Positions 43,595 to 51,460 of a stretch of DNA of 51,460 nucleotides are shown here, piece by piece; positions within the stretch are counted from its first letter, which is position 1; each line of letters opens with the position of its first letter. The notes beneath the pieces were generated by a model. That model had not been told where the DNA came from and made no database searches. It saw nothing but the letters and a program-made list of their open reading frames with translations. The stretch lies in assembly GCA_001004265.1 (NCBI GenBank), contig LCQS01000004.1, positions 1-51,460 on the forward strand, written 5' to 3'. Source of the DNA: Parcubacteria group bacterium GW2011_GWA2_51_10. Lineage in GTDB: Bacteria; Patescibacteriota; Minisyncoccia; Phycocordibacterales; UBA2100. A program made the position numbers and the translations under genes.

Positions 43595-44827
43595 ATGAGT
43601 GAATCATTTCCTGGAGATCGCTCTATAAAAAAGATCTCTCCAGTTGGTCCCGAGTTTAAAGCGGAGCAGAAACGCCGCGCAAAAGAAATGAAAAATCGAG
43701 TATATGGATCTCAAATACTCGTCCATCATCGTGGAACTATTCTGGCTGAGAAGATGCCTGCGGAACTTAGAGAAATGATTAAAGGGAACTATGAAAAATA
43801 TCTCAATCGAGAGGCCGCAAAATTAGATACCGGATTCAAACATTTTCTCTCAAGCCAGAATTCTCGGATCCGAAGTGCAGCTGTCGGTTTCATCCATCGA
43901 GGTTTATGGGGGGCACTTGGACCTGAAAACGTTCGGCCTGCATTACAGGTAGTATCCGTTGTCGACAGGATCAAGTCTGGAAAATCTCTTGCACCTCCCA
44001 TATGGGTCCGGATCGTTCAGGGGAATGAACTGGTGATATCGCAACTGCAGAAAACGGTTCAAAAAGAATTTCCCGCAGTACGAACGGCGTTTCGCGAATC
44101 GTTGCCAGAGTTTTTGGCCGATTATCATATATCAGAACCGGTTGTAAGGACAGTGACAAAACGACTCACAGGAACACAAGTAAGAGTCGTAGATGGCTTG
44201 TCAGCACGCGTCGAAGCAATTGGGGGGTTTTATTCTCCTGGCACGCACACAATTTTTGTCGCTGCTCATTACGTAAATGAAAATACAAAGCAACAATTGA
44301 CCGAGATTGAAGAGCATGAATTATTCCATGCAATTTCCGGCAGGCTCGTCTATGAAGAAGCAACGACGGAAAGGAGTGAGCTTGACGATATTCAAAGTAC
44401 ATTCACATCGCACGATGATGGGAGAATCGGTCTTCATTTTATGCCGCCATATTTCTTGGACAATAATACGCAACGTTTTCGTTGGCTTAATGAAGCTGTG
44501 ACGGAGCGTTTGCGCATCGAATATGCTAAGAAAAGAAATAGTCCTCTCACCTACAACACGTATCTTAATGAACAGAAAATTCTCGAGTTTTTGTGCAAGA
44601 AAGGAAAACGGGAAATACCCTTCGAGATCTTTGTACGTGCATATCTTGAGGATTACAAACCTGCAGTAAGAAAGGCTGATTCAATTATTCGTGAATGGCG
44701 ACATTTACGAAGTACTCTGAACGAGAGTTTTACCCCCCAATTCCTTGTAAGCCTGGATAATCGGATTAAACAGATTGGTGTTGAAAAGGTGCTTATGGAA
44801 TTAGAAGGTCGGGCATCGGAGCGTTGA
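43595..44827 (+). CDS. Hypothetical HExxH protein (putative gluzincin-like); paralogue of 31828..32847
   Basis: EEHELFHAISG, then ~50 aa downstream RWLNEAVTERL. Confidence 0.45.
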   Translation: MSESFPGDRSIKKISPVGPEFKAEQKRRAKEMKNRVYGSQILVHHRGTILAEKMPAELREMIKGNYEKYLNREAAKLDTGFKHFLSSQNSRIRSAAVGFIHRGLWGALGPENVRPALQVVSVVDRIKSGKSLAPPIWVRIVQGNELVISQLQKTVQKEFPAVRTAFRESLPEFLADYHISEPVVRTVTKRLTGTQVRVVDGLSARVEAIGGFYSPGTHTIFVAAHYVNENTKQQLTEIEEHELFHAISGRLVYEEATTERSELDDIQSTFTSHDDGRIGLHFMPPYFLDNNTQRFRWLNEAVTERLRIEYAKKRNSPLTYNTYLNEQKILEFLCKKGKREIPFEIFVRAYLEDYKPAVRKADSIIREWRHLRSTLNESFTPQFLVSLDNRIKQIGVEKVLMELEGRASER

Positions 44828-44829
44828 TT

Positions 44830-45132
44830 ATGGAGGAGTTTGGTGCGTCGGACAGGGAAATAATAGGTGCAGTATCAGCGGTATATCACAATGTTGGCCA
44901 TTTCACCCTGCGCAGCAGAGTAAGCGGCACGTATAACGGTGAGCGATTATCAAACTCTCAAGTCTCGCTGGAGTTGCTCATCTCGAAGGCAAAAAATGAG
45001 GAGATTATCGCAGAAGCTCGCAGACTTATTACTTTGTTGGGAACGATAGAACCCAATACACCAATAGATGAGTCAGTTCTACGGCAGGCCGACGAGTCAA
45101 ATAACAAAATTCGGTTGATGAAAAAGTTTTGA
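44830..45132 (+). CDS. Hypothetical ~100-aa protein coupled to the HExxH gene
   Basis: The ORF overlaps or abuts the upstream stop. The track TTG is at 44824; the first ATG is at 44830. Confidence 0.4.
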   Translation: MEEFGASDREIIGAVSAVYHNVGHFTLRSRVSGTYNGERLSNSQVSLELLISKAKNEEIIAEARRLITLLGTIEPNTPIDESVLRQADESNNKIRLMKKF

Positions 45133-45165
45133 CCAGGCAGTGTTTGCGCTGTTTTTCCGCATAGG

Positions 45166-45171
45166 TATACT
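45166..45171 (+). promoter_or_regulatory. -10-like GGTATACT, 5 nt upstream of ATG 45177
   Basis: aggTATACTggttcATG; no SD. Confidence 0.45.
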
Positions 45172-45176
45172 GGTTC

Positions 45177-46226
45177 ATGGGTGCCAAAATCTCTCAAGAA
45201 GGATTTACATTCGACGACGTTTTAATCAGGCCCGGCGAAAGTCGCATGGAGCCGGCCGAAGCGTCTCTCAAAACAAATATAGCTGGAATCGCGCTCGCGG
45301 TTCCGTTTCTCTCCGCCGCGATGGATCGCGTGACGGAAGCGGGCATGGCGATCACACTGGGAAAGCTTGGCGCGCTCGGAATCCTGCATCGCAACTGCTC
45401 GATTGAGGAGCAGGCAGCCATGGTTAAAGAAGTAAAGGGAGCGGGGGTTCCCGTCGGCGCGGCGTGTGGACCGTTCGCGGCAGATCGCGCCAAAGCGCTC
45501 GATGAGGCCGGCTGCGATGTAATTGTCATAGACTGCGCGCATGGCCACAATTTGAATGTTGTTGCGAGCGCAGCACAGATAAAAAAGTCGCTCAAGAAAG
45601 CAAAAATGATTTTTGGAAATATCGCGACAGCCGAAGCGGCGAAAGCGGCATGCAGCTTTGCCGATGCAGTAAAGGTAGGCGTCGGCCCCGGATCCATCTG
45701 CACGACGCGTCTTATTTCCGGCGTCGGTGTCCCGCAGCTCTCAGCAATCTTAGATGTTGTCTCTATCGCCGCAAAGAAAAAAGTTCCCGTTATCGCCGAC
45801 GGCGGCATTCGCACGTCGGGAGACATCGCAAAAGCGCTCGCGGCCGGTGCCTCGGCAGTGATGCTCGGAAACCTTTTTGCGGGAACAGACGAGGCGCCCG
45901 GAAGAATTGTTGAAAAAGACGGGAAGAGGTTCAAAGAATACCGCGGCATGGGCTCTGAAGCAGTCATCAAAAGCGCATCGGGAAACGAGCGCTATTTCAC
46001 GCACGGGCGGAAGGCCGTGCCGGAAGGTGTGGAAGCACTCGTTCCCTATAAAGGTCCCGTTGAGGAGATCGTCGCATCACTCTCATCTGGAATCCAAGTC
46101 GGGATGGGATATGTCGGCGCGCGGACTCTCGCCGAATTCGCAAAAAAAGCGAAGTTCATCCGCATCACTCATGCGGCGATTGCAGAAGGGAAGCCGCACT
46201 CGCTTTCTTCAATAGCCGATCAATGA
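45177..46226 (+). CDS. guaB: IMP dehydrogenase family protein lacking the CBS subdomain
   Basis: FDDVLIRP, GVGPGSICTTR, ADGGIRTSGDIAKALAAGA, YRGMGS. At 349 aa there is no room for a CBS pair; GMP reductase is not excluded. Confidence 0.7.
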   Translation: MGAKISQEGFTFDDVLIRPGESRMEPAEASLKTNIAGIALAVPFLSAAMDRVTEAGMAITLGKLGALGILHRNCSIEEQAAMVKEVKGAGVPVGAACGPFAADRAKALDEAGCDVIVIDCAHGHNLNVVASAAQIKKSLKKAKMIFGNIATAEAAKAACSFADAVKVGVGPGSICTTRLISGVGVPQLSAILDVVSIAAKKKVPVIADGGIRTSGDIAKALAAGASAVMLGNLFAGTDEAPGRIVEKDGKRFKEYRGMGSEAVIKSASGNERYFTHGRKAVPEGVEALVPYKGPVEEIVASLSSGIQVGMGYVGARTLAEFAKKAKFIRITHAAIAEGKPHSLSSIADQ

Positions 46227-47248
46227 TCCCAGCGCCGTACCTCGTTGGAGCACTCGCTGTTTTCCTTGCGGCGGCTCTTGCTGCGCTTCCGCTCGACGAG
46301 CAATCGTTCCTGTCACCGAAGGAGCCGGGGAGTATCCGAATACTTTTTGTCGGAGACATGCTCTTCGATCGCTCGATCCGACAAGCAATGGAGAAATTCG
46401 GAGGCGATTTCATTTTTTCCTGCATCGCTTCGACTTTAGCGGAAGCTGATGCGGTCGTTGCGAATCTCGAAGGGCCCATAACATCAAATGCATCCATGAG
46501 CATCGGCTCGAAACCGGGAGGCCCGAACAACTACACGTTCACGTTCCCTCTTTCCACCGCAGCTCTTCTTGCCCGTCACAACATTACGGTTGTGAATCTC
46601 GGCAATAATCACATTCGTAATTTCGGCATAAAAGGCGTGGAGGAAACGATACGCGCTCTTAGGAACGCGGGGGTATCGTTCTTCGGCGATCCGCTCGAGA
46701 ATACGGTCGCATATGAAGAAATTGCGGGAATTCGTTTCGCATTTATAAATTACAATGAGTTCGACGCATCGAGTACCGCGTCGAGCACGATTGCCCGCAT
46801 ACGACTCGCCCGCGAAGCCGGTGCAGTTCCGATCGTGTATACACATTGGGGAAACGAATACGAGAAGCATCCCCCAGAGTGGATTCGGAAGCTCGCGCAT
46901 CGCTTCGTTGACGCAGGTGCGGAGATCGTCATCGGCTCGCATCCGCACGTGATAGGGGAGAGCGAAGTGTACGGTTCGACTCCCCCGACTTTGCTCGGGA
47001 CAAGTACGCTCACCACAGGTGGTTCGACTACGCTCACCACAGGTGGTTCGACTACGCTCACCACAGGCAAAGGGAAATATATTTATTACTCGCTCGGCAA
47101 TTTTATTTTTGACCAGTACTGGGACAAAGACGTCCGTACCGGACTCCTTCTCGACGTGCAATTCAATTCTGCCGGCGTGGTTTCAGTCGCCGAACTCCGC
47201 GTCTATCTCGAGAAAGACCGCCGCACGTGCCCAATTAGAAAATCTTAG
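46223..47248 (+). CDS. CapA/PGA_cap family metallophosphatase-like protein
   Basis: FVGDMLFDR, ANLEGPIT, NLGNNH and YSLGNFIFDQ motifs. Its ATG overlaps the guaB-like TGA. Confidence 0.75.
   Translation: MIPAPYLVGALAVFLAAALAALPLDEQSFLSPKEPGSIRILFVGDMLFDRSIRQAMEKFGGDFIFSCIASTLAEADAVVANLEGPITSNASMSIGSKPGGPNNYTFTFPLSTAALLARHNITVVNLGNNHIRNFGIKGVEETIRALRNAGVSFFGDPLENTVAYEEIAGIRFAFINYNEFDASSTASSTIARIRLAREAGAVPIVYTHWGNEYEKHPPEWIRKLAHRFVDAGAEIVIGSHPHVIGESEVYGSTPPTLLGTSTLTTGGSTTLTTGGSTTLTTGKGKYIYYSLGNFIFDQYWDKDVRTGLLLDVQFNSAGVVSVAELRVYLEKDRRTCPIRKS
47006..47067 (+). repeat. Perfect 24-bp in-frame tandem repeat (2.6 copies) inside the capA-like gene
   Basis: ACGCTCACCACAGGTGGTTCGACT x2 plus a partial copy, encoding TLTTGGST repeats. 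Confidence 0.85.
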
Positions 47249-47301
47249 CGTTGCGCGCTTTAGATTTTCAATTGTACTGAGCTCGTGAGAGCGAATGTGC
47301 G

Positions 47302-47349
47302 CCCGAGCGTGAGCGAGGTAGTACTGAGATCAACAGAGCGAATGTGCGG
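47302..47349 (+). repeat. 47-nt direct repeat, left copy (with an extra half-unit at 47270..47301)
   Basis: cccgagcgtgagcgaggtagtactgagatcaacagagcgaatgtgcgg; ~37/47 identical by eye to 48665..48711. Confidence 0.7.
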
Positions 47350-47361
47350 ATTAGTGATTCT

Positions 47362-47389
47362 ATGCCGCCCTCGCGCGCGGCATCTTTTT
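47362..47389 (+). terminator. Rho-independent terminator after the capA-like gene
   Basis: ATGCCGC-cctcgcgc-GCGGCAT followed by CTTTTT. Confidence 0.7.
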
Positions 47390-47428
47390 ATTGTATTTTG
47401 TATCAATTGCCGATCAGATGGCATAATT

Positions 47429-47499
47429 TGCGGGATCATCTAGCGGTAGGATGCGACTCTCTGAAAGTCGTCACCTTGGTTCGAATCCAAGTCCCGCAG
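47429..47499 (+). tRNA. tRNA-Gln (anticodon CTG)
   Basis: U1:A72 acceptor TGCGGGA/TCCCGCA, anticodon loop CTCTGAA, T-arm CTTGG-TTCGAAT-CCAAG. Confidence 0.85.
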
Positions 47500-47592
47500 T
47501 CCTTCGACAAGCTCAGGACAGGCCCATTAGGGCGTGTTCTGAATTAATGATTGACGAAGGATCCTGAGTGAGCGGAGCGAATCGAAGGACGT

Positions 47593-47844
47593 ATGTATTT
47601 TGTATATATTATCGAATGCAGCGATGGATCTTTGTATACAGGTATTACCACGAACATCGAGCGACGTTTCAATGAGCACAAAAATGGCGAGGGCGGGCAT
47701 TTTACAAAGTCAAAGGAGATAGTGAGGGTCGCCTACACAGAGCGGCATCCTGACAGATCGTCTGCTTTGAAAAGGGAAGCACAGATCAAAGGCTGGACAC
47801 GACAAAAGAAATTAGAATTAGTCCTGAAGGAATCGAAGGGCTGA
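47593..47844 (+). CDS. GIY-YIG nuclease family protein (UPF0213/YhbQ-like, 83 aa)
   Basis: YFVYIIECSDGSLYTGIT....R..EHK.G and K..R..K..L motifs. Confidence 0.85.
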   Translation: MYFVYIIECSDGSLYTGITTNIERRFNEHKNGEGGHFTKSKEIVRVAYTERHPDRSSALKREAQIKGWTRQKKLELVLKESKG

Positions 47845-47899
47845 ACGTGATACAGTTTGGCCGTCTCTGAGATAGGTTCGGACTCCGAGGTATATCGTT

Positions 47900-48565
47900 A
47901 TGGATAAATCTGAAAATCAAAATAGAGGGCTAGGAGGCGATGGCGGCAAAGTTTTTATTTTTGCCAAAGAAATAAAAGGAAGCGGAAAAATCTTGGCCGA
48001 TGGCGGAGACGGGTTTACAGGAGGAAAAGGGGGAGAAGTTCATATTGTCACCGAAAAGAATGATTACACAGGAGAAGTATCCGCTAAGGGTGGAAAATCT
48101 GACGACGTTCGACCCACAGGAAAGATAGATTGGCAAAAACGGGCTGTAATAGTAGCAGTGATTATCTTTGTATTTGGACTCATCGCTGATTATTTTCTTC
48201 AAAAGCCATCAGTACAGCAAGAAGGAACAATAAACACGGTAGACCAGATAGGGGATAACATCGTCAACAACCCTCCTCTTCCCAAGCCCAAGCTCACATA
48301 TAACGTAGTAGAACCAATCAATCAGCTTCTGGGAAGAAATCAATACCAAACGAAATACGAGGCAACCATATCGTCCGAATTTCCAATTCCGACAACGATT
48401 GGCATTTCATTCCCGTCTTTTTGTTCTGGAAAGGGTCTAGGGGGAGGTCCGTGGATTAATGGAGGGATAACACTTAACCAAATTAGATTTGAAATAATCT
48501 GTATCACAGAATCCCCTATTCTAAAAGATCAACTGAGTTTCTCACTCGTAGATAGTCAACGCTAA
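47900..48565 (+). CDS. Hypothetical protein: Gly-rich repeat N-domain, one TM segment, unknown C-domain
   Basis: GGDGGKVFIF...DGGDGFTGGKGGEVHI...KGGKS, then AVIVAVIIFVFGLIADYF. AT-richer than its surroundings by eye. Confidence 0.45.
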   Translation: MDKSENQNRGLGGDGGKVFIFAKEIKGSGKILADGGDGFTGGKGGEVHIVTEKNDYTGEVSAKGGKSDDVRPTGKIDWQKRAVIVAVIIFVFGLIADYFLQKPSVQQEGTINTVDQIGDNIVNNPPLPKPKLTYNVVEPINQLLGRNQYQTKYEATISSEFPIPTTIGISFPSFCSGKGLGGGPWINGGITLNQIRFEIICITESPILKDQLSFSLVDSQR

Positions 48566-48664
48566 AATCAAGAGTCCGAGGAGGGTCGAATTGGTAAACT
48601 TAAAAGCGTCAGAAAAGCCTTGCGGGGTCTCACTGGGAAAAGTTCGAGACCGATGAGGCCTGCA

Positions 48665-48711
48665 ACCGAGCGCGAGCGAAGGCGTACTGAGCCCAGCAGG
48701 GCGAATGTGCC
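48665..48711 (+). repeat. 47-nt direct repeat, right copy
   Basis: accgagcgcgagcgaaggcgtactgagcccagcagggcgaatgtgcc. Confidence 0.7.
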
Positions 48712-48727
48712 AGTTTGCAGATAAGCG

Positions 48728-48733
48728 TATACT
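48728..48733 (+). promoter_or_regulatory. -10-like GTATACT, 6 nt upstream of ATG 48740
   Basis: cgTATACTtgtgagATG; no SD. Confidence 0.45.
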
Positions 48734-48739
48734 TGTGAG

Positions 48740-49384
48740 ATGAGACGTCTTCTTTTTTTCGTCGCATGGGGTTTTGCGCTCCTCCTTAGTTTCATTCTGG
48801 TGACCAATATAGTTTTTTACGTCGGGACAAAAGCATACATATACGATGATCCTGCCGAGGTTCCGAATTCTGTAGTGGCACTAATTCCCGGCGCGGCTAT
48901 TTTGCAAAATGGCGCACTGTCTCTCATTTTTATCGACAGAGTAGATACGGCTATAAAATTGTATGAAGCGAAAAAAGTTTCAAAAATTCTCGTCTCCGGC
49001 GACAACAGCACCGACAGCCACAATGAAGTCAATCCGGTCCGCCTTTATCTTATTAGCAAGGGCATTCCAGAGACTGACATTTTTCTTGACCATGCAGGCT
49101 TTGACACCTACAGCACCATGTACCGAGCGCGCGACATTTTCGAAGTCCCTTCCGTTATCATCACTACTCAGTCGTTCCACCTGCCGCGCTCGGTTTTTAT
49201 CGCGCGCCGACTTGGAATAGAGGCCTACGGAGTAAACGCTGATACCGGCCATATCCTCTTTCGCAATTATGTCCGTGAAGTGTTTGCCAATGAGAAAGCT
49301 GCGCTCAACCTTATCTTCAATAGAAAGCCAAAATATTTGGGGGAGCAGATCCCCATCGAGGGTGACGGAAGAAACTATCAATAA
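48740..49384 (+). CDS. sanA: SanA/YdcF (DUF218) family protein
   Basis: N-terminal TM segment, ILVSGDN....HNEV..........GIP...I..D.AG.DTY motif. Confidence 0.7.
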   Translation: MRRLLFFVAWGFALLLSFILVTNIVFYVGTKAYIYDDPAEVPNSVVALIPGAAILQNGALSLIFIDRVDTAIKLYEAKKVSKILVSGDNSTDSHNEVNPVRLYLISKGIPETDIFLDHAGFDTYSTMYRARDIFEVPSVIITTQSFHLPRSVFIARRLGIEAYGVNADTGHILFRNYVREVFANEKAALNLIFNRKPKYLGEQIPIEGDGRNYQ

Positions 49385-49474
49385 TCCTTCGATTCCATAG
49401 CACAAGTAAGTATTCTTATATAGTTACGTCTGTATCTCTGTCAGTGAAATTTCAACATCGTAATGTCTTCATGA

Positions 49475-49480
49475 TATTAT
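49475..49480 (+). promoter_or_regulatory. Extended -10 TGATATTAT, 6 nt upstream of ATG 49487
   Basis: tgaTATTATtttggtATG; no SD. Confidence 0.4.
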
Positions 49481-49486
49481 TTTGGT

Positions 49487-50554
49487 ATGACTGATGAACC
49501 TACTACGCACGGTTTCCGACCGCGCCACATTTCCTGGCTTACGATAGTGCTCGCGCTTCTCTCGATCGGTACTTTTTTTGCGATTTCCAGTCCTGGCGTC
49601 CAATACCCGATACGAATGGGAATCGAGCAGATGGGATATGGCGTTAGCTATACAACATCGGCACCCGATGGCGCTCCGAGTATGCCCATGAGAGACGCCA
49701 GCATATCCAATATTTCAGAGTCCTCACAGGGCATGATGGCTCCGAAAATGTCCTACCCATACCCATACCCATATCCTAATCCGGACGTGCCAGTCACTGA
49801 CACGCGCGAATTTCTAAAAGTGAATTACAGCGCGTCTATGCAGACGCGCGATGTGCAGGGGCTCACGCGTCGTGTGGAGACGACTGTGCGCGGGTACGAT
49901 GGACGCATAGACCAGGAATCGAGCTCTCCGCAATATGGCTACGTAAGCTTCGTTGTCCCGATGAGCAAGTACGACGCTTTCCGCGATGAGCTCGAAGGTC
50001 TCGTGAACAAGCGGTTCCTTACCATTAACGTCTCGTCTCAAAATCTCTTACCCCAAAAGCAGAGCATCGAAGAACAGCAGAAACAGGCCGACAGCACGCT
50101 CGCCGATTACAAAGCGGCCCGTCAAAAGTTAGTCAATGCGCATGCGAGTGCGGTGCAATCGATCCAGTTGCAAATAGACGCGGATACGCAATTGCTCGTC
50201 AGCTTACGTGCGCAGACACCGACGGGAGAGATACAAACGCAGATACAAGCGGTGTCCCACAACTTGACTACTCTCAAGCAGCGGCTTGAGAATGAGAACG
50301 CATCGTATGCTGCGCAGTTGAGTAATGCGGATTCAAATATCAAATACGCGGAGAATTGGCAGACGGCCGTGAAGACACAGGATCAGGTTTTCCTTGATAG
50401 CGTCGCGACTGTGACGGGTTCCGTATCTGTACAATGGATTAGCTACTGGGCAATGGTCCAGCTTTACCTGCCGGGCTACTGGATACCAGCCATCTTTGCT
50501 GTACTCGCATTCCTCTCGTTTCTCTGGGACCGTCGCCGATTTGGGACTGTGTAG
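49487..50554 (+). CDS. Membrane protein, probably DUF4349 family
   Basis: N- and C-terminal TM segments, a YPYPYPYP linker, a central beta domain and a Q-rich coiled coil. Confidence 0.5.
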   Translation: MTDEPTTHGFRPRHISWLTIVLALLSIGTFFAISSPGVQYPIRMGIEQMGYGVSYTTSAPDGAPSMPMRDASISNISESSQGMMAPKMSYPYPYPYPNPDVPVTDTREFLKVNYSASMQTRDVQGLTRRVETTVRGYDGRIDQESSSPQYGYVSFVVPMSKYDAFRDELEGLVNKRFLTINVSSQNLLPQKQSIEEQQKQADSTLADYKAARQKLVNAHASAVQSIQLQIDADTQLLVSLRAQTPTGEIQTQIQAVSHNLTTLKQRLENENASYAAQLSNADSNIKYAENWQTAVKTQDQVFLDSVATVTGSVSVQWISYWAMVQLYLPGYWIPAIFAVLAFLSFLWDRRRFGTV

Positions 50555-50594
50555 AAAAGCCTGCCCCGGTTGCTCACCGCCGGGGAAGGCGAGT

Positions 50595-50789
50595 TTACAT
50601 ATTTCTCTCTTCCAGAGTTGATTTGATGCTTTCTGCCAAACCCGGTTCGTTCCTGTCGTGCTTATGAGAGCCGACTGCGTGATCCATCGCCGCCTTGGTC
50701 ACCTCATCCTTATTCGTTCCGCTGATCATAACGTCGCAGTTGTTTTCGCTCGGAAATTTCGAGCAGTCCGCGACCCATTTTTTTGCCAT
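50595..50789 (-). CDS. DUF1059 small metal-binding-like protein
   Basis: C....C......G....E....A..HA...H pattern in 64 aa. Confidence 0.6.
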   Translation of the reverse strand: MAKKWVADCSKFPSENNCDVMISGTNKDEVTKAAMDHAVGSHKHDRNEPGLAESIKSTLEERNM

Positions 50790-50926
50790 AGAGATATTTT
50801 GTTAACGCGATTGTTAAAATCGACCTCATGCTAGCCGCAATATACCGCTGCAATTATTAAGAATTGATGTAGTCGAGAAAATTGTTGCAAGACTCTGGGC
50901 AATCGCTTACCATCTCAAGATAAAGT

Positions 50927-51343
50927 ATGAAAACATTTCTCATTGTCATCGGTGCGATAGTCTTGCTGCTCGCAGGAAGCACATTATGGTCGAAGAGTTT
51001 GCAGTCGAGCGATCCAGATATAGTCGCGCGAAGCGGTATGCACTGGCATCCGCAACTCGAAATCTACGTTAAAGGCGAGAAACAAGAAATTCCGCAGAAC
51101 GTCGGCATCGGCGCCGTCCATTCGCCGATGCACACGCACGATGATCTACCAATCATTCACCTCGAGTATAGCGGTGTCGTAAGGAATGACGACATCATGC
51201 TTGGACAATTCTTCAAAGTGTGGGAAAGAGACATGAATTCTTTTGGTTCAAACATGAAGATGACCGTGAACGGGGAAGAGAGCACTGAATTTGGGGATTA
51301 CGTCATGCGAGACGGCGACAAGATCGAGTTGCGATACGAATAG
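50927..51343 (+). CDS. Hypothetical exported protein with His-rich motifs
   Basis: Signal/TM N-terminus, with HWHPQLEIYV and HSPMHTHDD motifs. Confidence 0.5.
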   Translation: MKTFLIVIGAIVLLLAGSTLWSKSLQSSDPDIVARSGMHWHPQLEIYVKGEKQEIPQNVGIGAVHSPMHTHDDLPIIHLEYSGVVRNDDIMLGQFFKVWERDMNSFGSNMKMTVNGEESTEFGDYVMRDGDKIELRYE

Positions 51344-51364
51344 CGCGCTATAATGCGCCTATCA

Positions 51365-51460
51365 ATGAAGAAAACGATAAGCGAGAGAGAACATAGGCGC
51401 AGACTGAAGCGAGATCTCTTTATAATCGCCGGGAGCGTCGTCCTTGCTGTGGCGCTCTCA
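51365..51460 (+). CDS. 5' fragment of a membrane protein, running off the window
   Basis: ATG 51365 with TATAAT 10 nt upstream. Open to the window end, with a basic N-terminus then a TM segment. Confidence 0.3.
   Translation, partial: MKKTISEREHRRRLKRDLFIIAGSVVLAVALS

Noticed and set aside
45194-45970. 258-aa minus-strand ORF
   Set aside because: It is antisense to the IMPDH-like gene, with an Ala/Ser/Pro-rich shadow-frame composition.
47344-47547. 67-aa plus-strand ORF (GTG start)
   Set aside because: It reads through a terminator and the whole of tRNA-Gln.

Overview
Gene-dense 51.5-kb chromosomal segment, mid GC by eye. It looks like a small-genome Patescibacteria/CPR-like (Parcubacteria-type) bacterium. 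That placement is an inference from gene content: a secretin-less type IV pilus/competence cluster, a shortened RF2, a CBS-less IMPDH and many tiny membrane proteins. The code is standard and UGA is used as a stop. Recognisable content: recG, pepE, a class IV aminotransferase, a CDF transporter, an FAD monooxygenase, comFC, pterin-4a-carbinolamine dehydratase, ligA, gatC, a broken gatA, argG-argH, mazEF, prfB, ftsE/ftsX, pyrG, an IMPDH-like gene, capA-like, sanA-like, a GIY-YIG ORF and 7 tRNA genes. A ~12-kb pilus cluster runs pilM, PilN/O-like, pilB, receiver-only regulator, pilT, pilC, pilin, pilD and four minor pilins. Main second-look items follow. (1) An initiator-type tRNA(CAU) gene is split by a ~227-nt group I intron. 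It sits in a repeat-rich patch (29.2-31.2 kb) where inverted ~180-nt copies of the tRNA 3'-flank bracket a small ORF and a free-standing HTH+LAGLIDADG-like ORF. (2) At least 13 operon-leading genes carry a TATAAT/TATACT hexamer 5-7 nt upstream of the ATG with no Shine-Dalgarno, which suggests leaderless mRNAs. (3) CTAG/CTAC-rich 7-nt-period tandem repeats occur as mutually complementary pairs upstream of genes, and also inside the pilD and minor-pilin coding sequences. (4) One minor-pilin ORF has its 5' ~330 nt filled with repeat elements and no canonical start near the prepilin motif. (5) gatA carries an out-of-frame internal deletion. (6) A tRNA-Gln/GIY-YIG/Gly-rich-protein islet is flanked by 47-nt direct repeats. 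(7) Three tRNAs lack U55 in the T-loop. Non-ORF coordinates were counted by hand and may be off by 1-2 nt. All family assignments come from motif recognition, not from searches.
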